A DNA stretch of 64,000 nt from positions 32,001 through 96,000 of IMG/VR virus record IMGVR_UViG_3300018080_000116. One strand, 5' to 3'. This DNA is from a virus. The notes beneath the pieces were generated by a model. It saw only the letters and a program-made list of their open reading frames with translations, was not told the DNA's origin and made no database searches. Made by a program: the position numbers and the translations under genes. This document shows, in pieces, positions 54,620 to 63,310 of this stretch (its first letter is position 1; each line of letters begins with the position of its first letter).

Positions 54620-54987
54620 CGACGGATTACTAATAAGTGTGTGCGTTACACGATTTGTAACGAGTGCTACCCAGAAGGTAGCAGAAATTTAGTTGGCCCT
54701 ACACCGATAGGTGTATCCCCGAGGGTTGACATTTCTGGGAGAGATGTTCCAATTGGCGGAATACTGCCGTTGCCTCTACATGGAGGGTTGGCCATGACGT
54801 TCCTTACGAAGCCACCTCCCGCTCTCGATCCCTCGCTGGTCGAAGTCATCTATCAGGCGCATTCGGAGTAGGAAGTCAAAGACGCCACGCTGGACTTCCT
54901 CATCGCTCGCTACCCCATCCGGATTCCTTTGGGGGAAGCGAAGCGGATTCTTGTGGATGCGATCAGGATGTTCCGAGAGCGAGGGTT

Positions 54988-55569
54988 CTAGGAAAGAACT
55001 TTCCGGACGATAGCTTCAATGCTGTACTCGCCAAGCGAGTGTTCGTAGTCACCTGCGGACTTGAACCCCTCGTCCAAGATCCTTAGCTGGATGACTCTGG
55101 CCCGTGGCAGTGCGCCAAGAATTTCGTCGAGCAACCCCTTTGTGGTAGGTGGCGCATCTTCTTCTGGCCTGTGGGGAACCCAGAAGGTTTTGTGATCGTG
55201 ATTCCACCTACTTGGTGGTGCGAGTTTCTTTTCATAGAGATCACGATGAGGGACCAGAACTATTAGGTGGCCTCCCGGCTTCAAGATGCGATACCAATTG
55301 AACAGTGCCCTTTTTGGGTTCTTTACATGTTCGAGAATATGACTGGCGTGGACGACATCGTAGTGATTGTTTGGCACGCCTTTCATAAAGGTTGCATCTC
55401 CATCTCCTTTACACATGTCCCACACGGTCCAATTTTCATTATCGGGATGGAGTTGGGTTTGTGGTTTGCAGCCGCCGCCAATGTCGATGCCCTTTGCATT
55501 TGGTGGGGCGAACTTGTCATACCAACCTTCACGTTCTCTGCGATCTTTTGCTTTCAATATCTCTGTCAT
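54988..55569 (-). CDS. class I SAM-dependent methyltransferase
   Basis: GIDIGGG, YDVVHASHILEHV, RILKPGGHLIVLVP. Confidence 0.85.
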   Translation of the reverse strand: MTEILKAKDRREREGWYDKFAPPNAKGIDIGGGCKPQTQLHPDNENWTVWDMCKGDGDATFMKGVPNNHYDVVHASHILEHVKNPKRALFNWYRILKPGGHLIVLVPHRDLYEKKLAPPSRWNHDHKTFWVPHRPEEDAPPTTKGLLDEILGALPRARVIQLRILDEGFKSAGDYEHSLGEYSIEAIVRKVLS

Positions 55570-56274
55570 TTATGCAGCCCTATACCTCCAGATGACCTTC
55601 GGCAACCTGAAGTCCTCTCTATATGTAAGAGAGTCTGCATCGGGATAAATATAAGCCATGACGATTCTGGAGCCGTCGTGCGGATCAAAAGCAGAGCGGA
55701 TCTGTCCATCATCAAGACGCAGCATAGAAGGACGACTTGCATCGTTGTATTGTTCGAGCATCCGGCGAGCCGTCGCTTTCACTTGATTGGCGTCACGGAC
55801 ACGAATGGTCATGCCATCCTGGGAAAGTACAGCATAGAGTTCAGCATCACCCCTGAGATCTCTACCGGGTTTGCCACGCCATTCAACCTTTACGGCGATG
55901 TCACTGCCACTATCTCGGAATTTGGCTTGGATGGCGGTCTTCTGCCCACCATCAACTCTCCAGCCGTCGATCTTGCGGTGCATGTCCTGTTGCATTGAAG
56001 ATTGTTCAATTTCCCAACCAGAGACCTCAGCCAGAGCTTTAAGGATGAGAGATTCAATGCTTTTGCCAGCATCGACACGGGTCTGTACGTCCATGCCTGA
56101 AATCTCACCACGACCAACCTCTTCTTCGCCACGCACTTTCAGCTTGCGAAGTCTGGCCCTGCTTGGGTCGTTACCAAACGCACCGGGCACATGGCCTCTT
56201 CTAGGTCCACGCCCCTGTCCGAATCTGAAGCGATTAGCTTCGTCTATTCGTAACCACAATTCGTAAAAATCCAT
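55570..56274 (-). CDS. putative PD-(D/E)XK-fold protein, ends -RAA
   Basis: DMHRKIDGW...IQAKFR resembles a nuclease D..(Q/E)xK motif. Confidence 0.55.
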   Translation of the reverse strand: MDFYELWLRIDEANRFRFGQGRGPRRGHVPGAFGNDPSRARLRKLKVRGEEEVGRGEISGMDVQTRVDAGKSIESLILKALAEVSGWEIEQSSMQQDMHRKIDGWRVDGGQKTAIQAKFRDSGSDIAVKVEWRGKPGRDLRGDAELYAVLSQDGMTIRVRDANQVKATARRMLEQYNDASRPSMLRLDDGQIRSAFDPHDGSRIVMAYIYPDADSLTYREDFRLPKVIWRYRAA

Positions 56275-56322
56275 GCAAGTATATAGCAACCACTTTCATA
56301 AATAACGCAGGAGACAATCGTA

Positions 56323-56700
56323 ATGAATTTTCGGAAATGGCTAGAGGCATCAATGGACCCACCCAGTCTGGGCGATTTCATGAATTGGGCGAACAAGAGG
56401 GAAGATCACATGTACTCCAAGGGCGTCAAGGATGCCCAGGACGACAACTATGATCCGCCCGGAATGGGAAGCCCATTGTCTTCTGATTGGCGTTTTTCTT
56501 ACATGCTGGGATGGCGAGCCATGGGAAAAAGAATCCCACCAGGAAAGACTAGCCGCTCATCCTTGAGCGACCGAGAATGGTTTGCCATGAAATTGCGGGA
56601 GAAAAGATATGCCGCAGCCAGCCCTGACAAATACATCGATGCCACTGCCGCTCAAGATCCCAAGTGGAATGACCCCGACTACAACCCAGAAGAAGGTTAG
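56323..56700 (+). CDS. hypothetical protein with MNFRKWLE N-terminus
   Basis: SD AGGAG; only + gene in the right-hand block. Confidence 0.8.
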   Translation: MNFRKWLEASMDPPSLGDFMNWANKREDHMYSKGVKDAQDDNYDPPGMGSPLSSDWRFSYMLGWRAMGKRIPPGKTSRSSLSDREWFAMKLREKRYAAASPDKYIDATAAQDPKWNDPDYNPEEG

Positions 56701-57248
56701 CTTCTTCTGAAATAATAGCCGTTCGTACATTCATCGTACTTGGTCAAACCGAAGACGAAATCGGCCTCACTGAAATGAGCACCAATTTCCATATAGCGAT
56801 CAGCCGCATCACGGTCGCCCGCAGCGCCCGTATTACGGTCGTAATACTTGTGGGCCATCTGAGCCAGATGGTAAGCGTGGTCACGAGCGGAGAAGTCTTC
56901 CGGCAACTGGATCTCCGTCCTCTTGACGATCTCGTGCCATTGATGGGGTTTATGCGCCTGAGCTTCGAGCCTGAGCAAATGAAGCATGGCAAGCCCCGCC
57001 GCCCGGAAGTATTCATCTCCCGTGTTGACACAATCGACGGCTACTTCGAGACTATTCCAGTATTTTCGCCGGGACTCTTCAGTCTCGATCCATGTTTTGA
57101 GCGTGGCCAGTTCTTCGTCCGTGGCCTTGCGTAGATCGTCCTCACGCACTCTCCAGTTCACCAACCTTGCCATCTCTTTCTCTCCTTGTTCTGTCTGCGA
57201 GATCCTGCCACCATTGTACCTGTTCGACAAGCTCAGATTTATCGACAC
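56697..57248 (-). CDS. hypothetical protein
   Basis: true start probably MARLVNW. Confidence 0.75.
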   Translation of the reverse strand: MSINLSLSNRYNGGRISQTEQGEKEMARLVNWRVREDDLRKATDEELATLKTWIETEESRRKYWNSLEVAVDCVNTGDEYFRAAGLAMLHLLRLEAQAHKPHQWHEIVKRTEIQLPEDFSARDHAYHLAQMAHKYYDRNTGAAGDRDAADRYMEIGAHFSEADFVFGLTKYDECTNGYYFRRS

Positions 57249-57369
57249 CGAACTTGTCCATAAGGTTCATGACATCTATGTAGGCCAAGCCGCCGTAGAG
57301 GGGCATTTCTGCCCGCAACCAACCTCTTAGCATGCACTCGACGACTTCACGCTCCCTCTCCGTCAGCAT
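57142..57369 (-). CDS. small protein, LuxR-like LTEREREV start
   Basis: overlaps neighbour; 75 aa. Confidence 0.6.
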   Translation of the reverse strand: MLTEREREVVECMLRGWLRAEMPLYGGLAYIDVMNLMDKFGVDKSELVEQVQWWQDLADRTRRERDGKVGELESA

Positions 57370-57688
57370 CTCGTTGTCTCCTTGCCATTTGGGCCAGCAA
57401 CTTGCCTATGATCGGAAGTTCTTCTTCCAGCTTATCGAGCTTCTTGTCATTCTCGGCCTGCCGTTCATCCATCTTCTCTTTCCATTGTTGGTCAATGAAG
57501 TGGGTGGCCTTGGCCAAGCAGGCTTGATATTCCTTCTGCGTGATGATCCCCTTGGACATCAAAGCAATGACAAGAGCATAGTGGTTGATTAGGTGGATCT
57601 GATTCGTGCCGATGAGCACTTCATTGTAATTCGGACCCTGGATCAGTTGACGAAGTGTGTCCTTCGTTTCGTCACTCATAGCTCCCAT
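57347..57688 (-). CDS. hypothetical protein
   Basis: in operon. Confidence 0.75.
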   Translation of the reverse strand: MGAMSDETKDTLRQLIQGPNYNEVLIGTNQIHLINHYALVIALMSKGIITQKEYQACLAKATHFIDQQWKEKMDERQAENDKKLDKLEEELPIIGKLLAQMARRQRDADGEGA

Positions 57689-58188
57689 GTGTCTAATACC
57701 TCATTATCTTTTTCAGCCGCTTTTTCAAAAAGCTTCTTCATCCGTTCTTTGGCCGGTTCCCAACCCTTGCGCTTATGGAATGTCTCAACTAAGGTGGAAA
57801 ACACATGCATGTTGGGGTGAAAGCGACCTTCCCAAAAGCGAGAGGGGTTTTCTTCGTTCAAGCAGTTTTCGATAGCCGCTGCCGTCGCCGCCGATCTTGA
57901 GATCCCCGCTTGACAATGAACCATTATAGTGCCAATGTCATCTCTTTCCCAGAACGATTCTACGAAGTCCCAGATCTTGTGTGCATCATCTTCTGAAAAA
58001 AGACTGCCATGAGCAGGAGACATGGGAGCATCAATATCGCCAAAAGAGCACTGTAGCAGGCCAAGACGCTTAACGCCACTAATTTTTGGATGTTCATCGA
58101 AACTGTCTATGCTAATACAGACCCAGGGTTCGTCACACTCGAATTCCTTCGCTTTGCTCTTAGAGAGTACCACCAAGTTCTTTTTCAT
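57676..58188 (-). CDS. PTP/dual-specificity-like phosphatase
   Basis: MVHCQAGISRSAA (HCX5R); upstream F.DID loop. Confidence 0.85.
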   Translation of the reverse strand: MKKNLVVLSKSKAKEFECDEPWVCISIDSFDEHPKISGVKRLGLLQCSFGDIDAPMSPAHGSLFSEDDAHKIWDFVESFWERDDIGTIMVHCQAGISRSAATAAAIENCLNEENPSRFWEGRFHPNMHVFSTLVETFHKRKGWEPAKERMKKLFEKAAEKDNEVLDTWEL

Positions 58189-58251
58189 CCGTTTATCCTT
58201 TCTATGGGCGTCCGAGGCGAAGCCGAGGACGCATTCTGAATGAGTATGTAT

Positions 58252-58827
58252 TCACTTGTTTTGGGATCTTATCGAACGGGCTGGGACTACTGGCACGCCC
58301 TGGTCTTCTGGCTTTCGATCAAGCTTCTTTACATGGATCGCTTCGATCTCCATGTCTGGGAAATAGCCAATGCGTAAGATCTTGTGGGTTTTTTGTTCAG
58401 TAAGTTCAGCCGGTTCATACTCATAGCCGTCCATTCCGCCAGACCAGCCGCCTGCGCAGTAGAATCCGGTCTTAACAAACCGGATGTCACAGACATAGTA
58501 TCTCTTTCCCTTTTTGCTTTCGTCGTACTTGGTGTGGATCTCTCGGGCGGAACCCCCAAATCGTTCAGCTTTTAATTTGGCGTAGGCAACAGCCCTTCGG
58601 ACACGTTCATAAACATCCGAATGGAAACTCTTGGTGCCGTAGGGAGAATACGGCGGGAAGATGGAGAGGCCCATGTCCTTGACAAACTTCTTGATTGCCT
58701 CGCCGTGTTCTGCCTCTAGTTCGGCGATAGCATCGTCAACGGTTTTGGGATAGCCGCAGCGAACGAAGATATGAGGTTCGACGATCTCTATCCAATCGCC
58801 AACCCTTATGATGCTATCTTTCTTCAT
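58252..58827 (-). CDS. hypothetical protein
   Basis: 191 aa; ATGA overlap. Confidence 0.8.
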   Translation of the reverse strand: MKKDSIIRVGDWIEIVEPHIFVRCGYPKTVDDAIAELEAEHGEAIKKFVKDMGLSIFPPYSPYGTKSFHSDVYERVRRAVAYAKLKAERFGGSAREIHTKYDESKKGKRYYVCDIRFVKTGFYCAGGWSGGMDGYEYEPAELTEQKTHKILRIGYFPDMEIEAIHVKKLDRKPEDQGVPVVPARSIRSQNK

Positions 58828-59114
58828 ACCCGCAATGCAACCTTCTCTTCTTTGGTCAGTTTAGCAACACCGGACTTGTAAGCCGGGACCATGTGAGAGG
58901 GAATTATAGCATCAGGCGAGAGATGAAGGATAGGTGAACCTTTAGGGCAGCCTCTTAGTGTGCCGGGCGGGAAGCGAACGTGGACGGTCACACGGCCAGC
59001 CGTTATTACCTTATCAACCTCACCCTCTTTCCACTGAAGGTTGGTTTGGGTTGTCAGGTGATAAACACCCTTCTTAACAACCGTGACTTTCACGCCGGGC
59101 CTAATATGTGACAT
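58824..59114 (-). CDS. small hypothetical protein
   Basis: in operon. Confidence 0.75.
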   Translation of the reverse strand: MSHIRPGVKVTVVKKGVYHLTTQTNLQWKEGEVDKVITAGRVTVHVRFPPGTLRGCPKGSPILHLSPDAIIPSHMVPAYKSGVAKLTKEEKVALRV

Positions 59115-59344
59115 CAGATGTATTCCTCGATGATCTTGAGAACAGCCTTGATGTCGTCACCAGCCAGATCCAGTGTGGTTTCGCCTATCAAGAACTGAGC
59201 TTCGTCGGGGAAATATTCTTCCCCGTCATCGGTTTGCAGGGGGCCGTAGTTGTCTCGGAACACCTTGTCAGCATGTTGAAGCTTCTCTTGGATTATCCTG
59301 ACAATAACAGGCGGCATGAATTTAGGCACGACGACCCCTTTCAT
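59114..59344 (-). CDS. small hypothetical protein
   Basis: coupled to next gene. Confidence 0.7.
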   Translation of the reverse strand: MKGVVVPKFMPPVIVRIIQEKLQHADKVFRDNYGPLQTDDGEEYFPDEAQFLIGETTLDLAGDDIKAVLKIIEEYI

Positions 59345-60176
59345 TCACGTTCACGGGTGGCATCAATTCCAGGCGGAACGTCTTCGTGTTGAGATACATG
59401 GGCACTTCTGGATGTGCGCCTTTCCAGCGATTCTTCAATACGCAGCATCGAAACACATGGGTATTCCAAGAAACGGGAGTGTGGTCATAACGCATTTGGA
59501 GAACAACCGAAGGCATGTAGGCCAGCGGGCGATAATCCACAGCCGCCACCCCGAACTCATCATTCAATTTTTGTGTTGTAATCGAAAGAACAATGGCACA
59601 ATCGTGATCGTATGCCATGCCAACCAGTTGATGCAGCGTGTCCATCCTGCGTTTGGCTCGATAGTTGTAGGGCGTCTCCCCAGTTTGATACCAATTTCGG
59701 AAAGGAAGGGTTCCGAAGCTCTCGTCGAAAAGGATGTCGTGATTGCCCAACGCCCGATGCCAATTAGACTCGACATCTTGAGGCATGTATGAGGCGGGCA
59801 GCAGAGAGTAATCACCAAAATAATCAGTGGGGTAATACCACAAGTGCCCCTCAAAAGGGAGCGTGTTGGCACCCCTGTGAGCCAACAGGTGGGCCGTGCC
59901 CTGTTCAGGCACAAATCCCGCAGAACTTTTCTTGGCGGCATTGAGTGCCATGGTTCGCATGAGAGCCGATTTGCCAGAACCGGCTTTGCCCATGACAACT
60001 GAGACGGTTCCTCGGCGAAGACCGCCTCCTAACGCCTCGTCGAGCATTGGAAATCCGGTTGTAATAAGCTGTTCATCCAGCTTGACGATCTTCTTTTTCT
60101 TTTCCGCCACCAGAAGCGTCGGTGCCGCCACAAACGTCCCGATCACTCCCAACATCTGCCGTCTGTTTAGATTCAT
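59322..60176 (-). CDS. DnaB/RecA-like P-loop ATPase with twin-arginine-like N-terminus
   Basis: NRRQML plus hydrophobic run; ITTGFPMLDEALGGGLRRG; Walker A GKAGSGKS; VLKNR. Confidence 0.8.
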   Translation of the reverse strand: MNLNRRQMLGVIGTFVAAPTLLVAEKKKKIVKLDEQLITTGFPMLDEALGGGLRRGTVSVVMGKAGSGKSALMRTMALNAAKKSSAGFVPEQGTAHLLAHRGANTLPFEGHLWYYPTDYFGDYSLLPASYMPQDVESNWHRALGNHDILFDESFGTLPFRNWYQTGETPYNYRAKRRMDTLHQLVGMAYDHDCAIVLSITTQKLNDEFGVAAVDYRPLAYMPSVVLQMRYDHTPVSWNTHVFRCCVLKNRWKGAHPEVPMYLNTKTFRLELMPPVNVNERGRRA

Positions 60177-60781
60177 TGCAAGTTCTCCCAGTGTGCTTCC
60201 ATGCGAAAGCTGCCCTTCTCGCACATGAAGTCCATGCGGTCAATGTAGGATCGAGGATGACCGCTCGCCCAATACCAATACGACGGGTAATCAACATGCG
60301 CCCACACATCGGCATCGGGAGAGCCATGAAGCGGACTGCCCTCCCATATGGCAAAGCCCCTCTGGCCCGACAGCCACAGGGTAGCATCTGGATTTTCTCG
60401 CAGATGATAGAAATTCCCCTTCCCCTCTTTCCACGCAGGCTTAAAGGCCATCATGTGGGAGATTGTGAAAGGGTGGGCCATGACCCACTTCACCGGGCCT
60501 TTTTCTTTCCAAATGATCTCGCACAAATGCCAGTAAAACCCTTCAATGCGTTCGTTCACCAACAGATGTTCGGACTTGACATTGCCGTAGTGTAAATGCT
60601 TGGGCGCATCATGCAGCATGTCGAACGTCCGCACATCATGCTGGGGAATATGTCCCGGTTCGGGTTCCAGGATCTTTACTTCGTGTCTTCCTGGCTTGAG
60701 GGGAAGAAAAGCAGAAGCAGGCAAGACCACTGCGGCTCCCGCCGCAGTGGTCATTTTCAAAAAGTCCCTTCGATTATGCAT
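60173..60781 (-). CDS. protein with twin-arginine (Tat)-like signal
   Basis: NRRDFLK-MTTAAGAAVVLPASA. Confidence 0.75.
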   Translation of the reverse strand: MHNRRDFLKMTTAAGAAVVLPASAFLPLKPGRHEVKILEPEPGHIPQHDVRTFDMLHDAPKHLHYGNVKSEHLLVNERIEGFYWHLCEIIWKEKGPVKWVMAHPFTISHMMAFKPAWKEGKGNFYHLRENPDATLWLSGQRGFAIWEGSPLHGSPDADVWAHVDYPSYWYWASGHPRSYIDRMDFMCEKGSFRMEAHWENLQ

Positions 60782-61283
60782 GGGGTCTCCTTTTTTGCTG
60801 TGCGGTCATAATGCAGACGTTGTTTTCCATGGCGACCCTTCTCCACATTTCCATTTCGGAGGGGAGTTCTCTCAAGTCAGAGAAAGACAGGGACTTCACG
60901 ACATCTCGCTTGGTCATGGGTTGACCAGCGATCAAAAGTCTGGCTTCGGGCCATGTGGCTTTTGCCACAGCAACCTTTGATACCAGATTGCGGGGCCCGT
61001 AGATGAACCAGACCTTCATGGGGTAGCTCATGTTCTCGTCGGCTTCGATGGAATCTTCTACCGCTCTCATAAAATCCCATTCCCGTTCTCGGTCTCTGAA
61101 GATCATTGGAACCCGAACGAGATCGGTTCCATCACCTTTGGCATCGATTTGACAATCATTGCTTTGTGTGGAAACGTAGTAGATTTCGCTCGCCTGTTTC
61201 ACTGGCGTGGCGAAAGAGAGGGGCAAGACCACTGCGGCTCCCGCCGCAGTGGTCGTTTTCAAAAAGTTTCTTCGGTTAATCAT
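60774..61283 (-). CDS. protein with twin-arginine (Tat)-like signal
   Basis: NRRNFLK-TTTAAGAAVVLPLSFA; C-terminal RRVAMENNVCIMTAQQ. Confidence 0.75.
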   Translation of the reverse strand: MINRRNFLKTTTAAGAAVVLPLSFATPVKQASEIYYVSTQSNDCQIDAKGDGTDLVRVPMIFRDREREWDFMRAVEDSIEADENMSYPMKVWFIYGPRNLVSKVAVAKATWPEARLLIAGQPMTKRDVVKSLSFSDLRELPSEMEMWRRVAMENNVCIMTAQQKRRPHA

Positions 61284-61452
61284 TGTTTCCTCCAAACGAA
61301 TCCGGTTCGTTCACATCGAATGCCCGCCCGAGTCCACACGATTCTATCGCAGTTCTCAAAGGATCGCACGGTGTTTCTTTTAGATGGTGCGTCCTTGTGA
61401 GCCACATGAGGGTCGTATGCCCTCTGAACAGGCGGCGCTTGTCGTGGAGCAT

Positions 61453-61665
61453 TCATTTTCGAGGGTCCGGTAGAAGGTACATGGGCCACAAGATCGCCAG
61501 CCCGGCACATATCGCTGCTTTGCCCCAGTTGATACCGATGCCGGGCTCCCACCAGCGTCCGAATTTATGATCGGGCTGGGCAAACATCAAGATAAAGCTC
61601 GTGGTCCATCCAATCAAGTAGACTGTGAAGAGGGTAGAGATGATCCATCCGATGATTGCAATCAT
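61453..61665 (-). CDS. small membrane protein
   Basis: two TM runs ending LWP. Confidence 0.75.
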   Translation of the reverse strand: MIAIIGWIISTLFTVYLIGWTTSFILMFAQPDHKFGRWWEPGIGINWGKAAICAGLAILWPMYLLPDPRK

Positions 61666-61719
61666 GTTAATCTCAGTTTTGCAAAAAGGCTACCCCGATT
61701 TTGTAGGTCTTTTTGTCCA

Positions 61720-62082
61720 TCAGTCTTTTACCTCTCTATACAGGCTTTGTTTCAGCCGCTTCCACTGCCCGCCGATATTATTTGCGTGTATGGAATGAAG
61801 CCCCTGAAAAAGGTTGACGGTGCTATCAGTGCGAACGAACACGCACACTTGGGTTCCCCCTTCTTCTGTCCTCCACAAGTACCATTCCCCCAGATCGGTC
61901 GGACACCGAGACCAGTTTTCTCGATCTCGTTTTTCCTCAGCTTGGATCTGGATGTCCATCAAGAGGGATTCAGCGGCTTGCAGGGTGGCAAAGCTGCCAT
62001 CTGAATGGCGTATCTCTAGCGGATTCTCACACTCAACTGTCCACCCTTCGGACATCAATAGTTCGATCATATTGTCATCCAT
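61720..62082 (-). CDS. hypothetical protein
   Basis: ATG after GGAGG. Confidence 0.7.
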   Translation of the reverse strand: MDDNMIELLMSEGWTVECENPLEIRHSDGSFATLQAAESLLMDIQIQAEEKRDRENWSRCPTDLGEWYLWRTEEGGTQVCVFVRTDSTVNLFQGLHSIHANNIGGQWKRLKQSLYREVKD

Positions 62083-62219
62083 TGTCATCCTCCGTAATGA
62101 AGTTGCTTTCCCACCCTTCATGGTACGTTCCGTTGGCATCGTAGCCCTTGACGTACCAGTCGGCGGCGTACATTCCGTAGTGCTCTTTGGTCCGGGATAC
62201 AACCCGGACGAGGACAACT

Positions 62220-62423
62220 TTAGTCGTTTGGCCCATGGCTTGCCACACCCCTTGTTTGGCGTTCCTGGATGACTTCCACCATCCGAATCCAATCCCATTG
62301 TAGGTTCGGGCTGCATCGGATCTCGGTGAACTTAATCATGGCTTCCTGATCGGAATCGGCCTCAAACCGTGTGTAGAGTTTTTCTGGGATGTCATGTCGG
62401 GCGTGATAGACTTCGTATTTCAT
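62220..62423 (-). CDS. small hypothetical protein
   Basis: ATGA overlap. Confidence 0.75.
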   Translation of the reverse strand: MKYEVYHARHDIPEKLYTRFEADSDQEAMIKFTEIRCSPNLQWDWIRMVEVIQERQTRGVASHGPND

Positions 62424-62734
62424 GTTTTCTTGTGTCTTGTAATGTCGAGTAGGTACAGGAATAGAACAATAACGCCAAGGATCAAAGCCACTATGATGGC
62501 GGCTGCGAACAAAGTCCCAAGAAGGAGGGCAAAACCACCAATGATAGTCCCATCATTAAACTCCCACGCCAACTCCGGTGTCCCCCACAACCAGTTGAAG
62601 GCGGTTGTGGTGGGGCCGACTATTTGTCTCCAGCAGGAGAGCAGCAGCATGATTGGCTTGCCGAAGATGGCCAAGACAACGCATGTCATTGTCACATAAA
62701 CCAACAGTCGTCCGGTGGTGTATTGCTTCAACAT
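62420..62734 (-). CDS. membrane protein
   Basis: TM-rich. Confidence 0.75.
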   Translation of the reverse strand: MLKQYTTGRLLVYVTMTCVVLAIFGKPIMLLLSCWRQIVGPTTTAFNWLWGTPELAWEFNDGTIIGGFALLLGTLFAAAIIVALILGVIVLFLYLLDITRHKKT

Positions 62735-62973
62735 GACACAAATAAGGGTCCATTCGGTCCCACATATGCCCCAAGTGTGTTGAATTGAAAGTATTCAATG
62801 GCGTCTTCTTCGGTTGCGCCATCTTTCATGAGGATGTCAATGCATTTGATGCTGCTGTAGACGGCTCGACAGGGTTCACATGCGTTATGCGTAAACCCTA
62901 TGATGGCATCATCGAACCCATCGGCGAACAGGGCATCCTCATTTCTTTCTGCGATCTGTTCTTTTAGATTCAT
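62728..62973 (-). CDS. conserved phage hypothetical protein
   Basis: ADGFDDAIIG...EEDAIEYFQFNTLGAYVG..P motif recalled as widespread in phages. Confidence 0.8.
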   Translation of the reverse strand: MNLKEQIAERNEDALFADGFDDAIIGFTHNACEPCRAVYSSIKCIDILMKDGATEEDAIEYFQFNTLGAYVGPNGPLFVSC

Positions 62974-63016
62974 TCTTTTAATTTTGTTTTCTTTTCCCTA
63001 GTGCTTCCGATGGACA

Positions 63017-63045
63017 AACGCCCCGTGCCACCGGCACGGGGCGTT
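63017..63045. terminator. possibly bidirectional terminator
   Basis: AACGCCCCGTGCC-acc-GGCACGGGGCGTT flanked by A and T runs. Confidence 0.7.
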
Positions 63046-63073
63046 CTTTTGATTGTGATTTAATCTGGCTTAT

Positions 63074-63307
63074 TTACCAAGCCAGTACGACGCCATCCCC
63101 TCGTCGGATAATCTCAAAGCCCATTGTCTTGAGAGCGGGCCAGATTTTTCCTTCTGCCATGCCTTTTGGGGGCAATGGGAGGGAGATGTTTCGCAGCGGA
63201 GAGATGAATCGGTTCCTTCCCGCTCGCTCAATTTCACGAGCCCTTAGGGTAATCTCGGAGACATACCGGCTGGCTTCCATTCCTTTTTCCTTGTTTGCCC
63301 CTGTCAC
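63074..63307 (-). CDS. small hypothetical protein
   Basis: in operon. Confidence 0.65.
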   Translation of the reverse strand: MTGANKEKGMEASRYVSEITLRAREIERAGRNRFISPLRNISLPLPPKGMAEGKIWPALKTMGFEIIRRGDGVVLAW

Positions 63308-63310
63308 GCC

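Noticed and set aside
53743-54871. ORFs in the 53.7-54.9 kb gap
   Set aside because: No SD, atypical composition, and they overlap the palindromic repeat cluster
59322-60176. The phage's replicative DnaB helicase
   Set aside because: Lacks the N-terminal primase-binding domain, has a divergent Walker B region and carries an RR leader; called DnaB/RecA-like only
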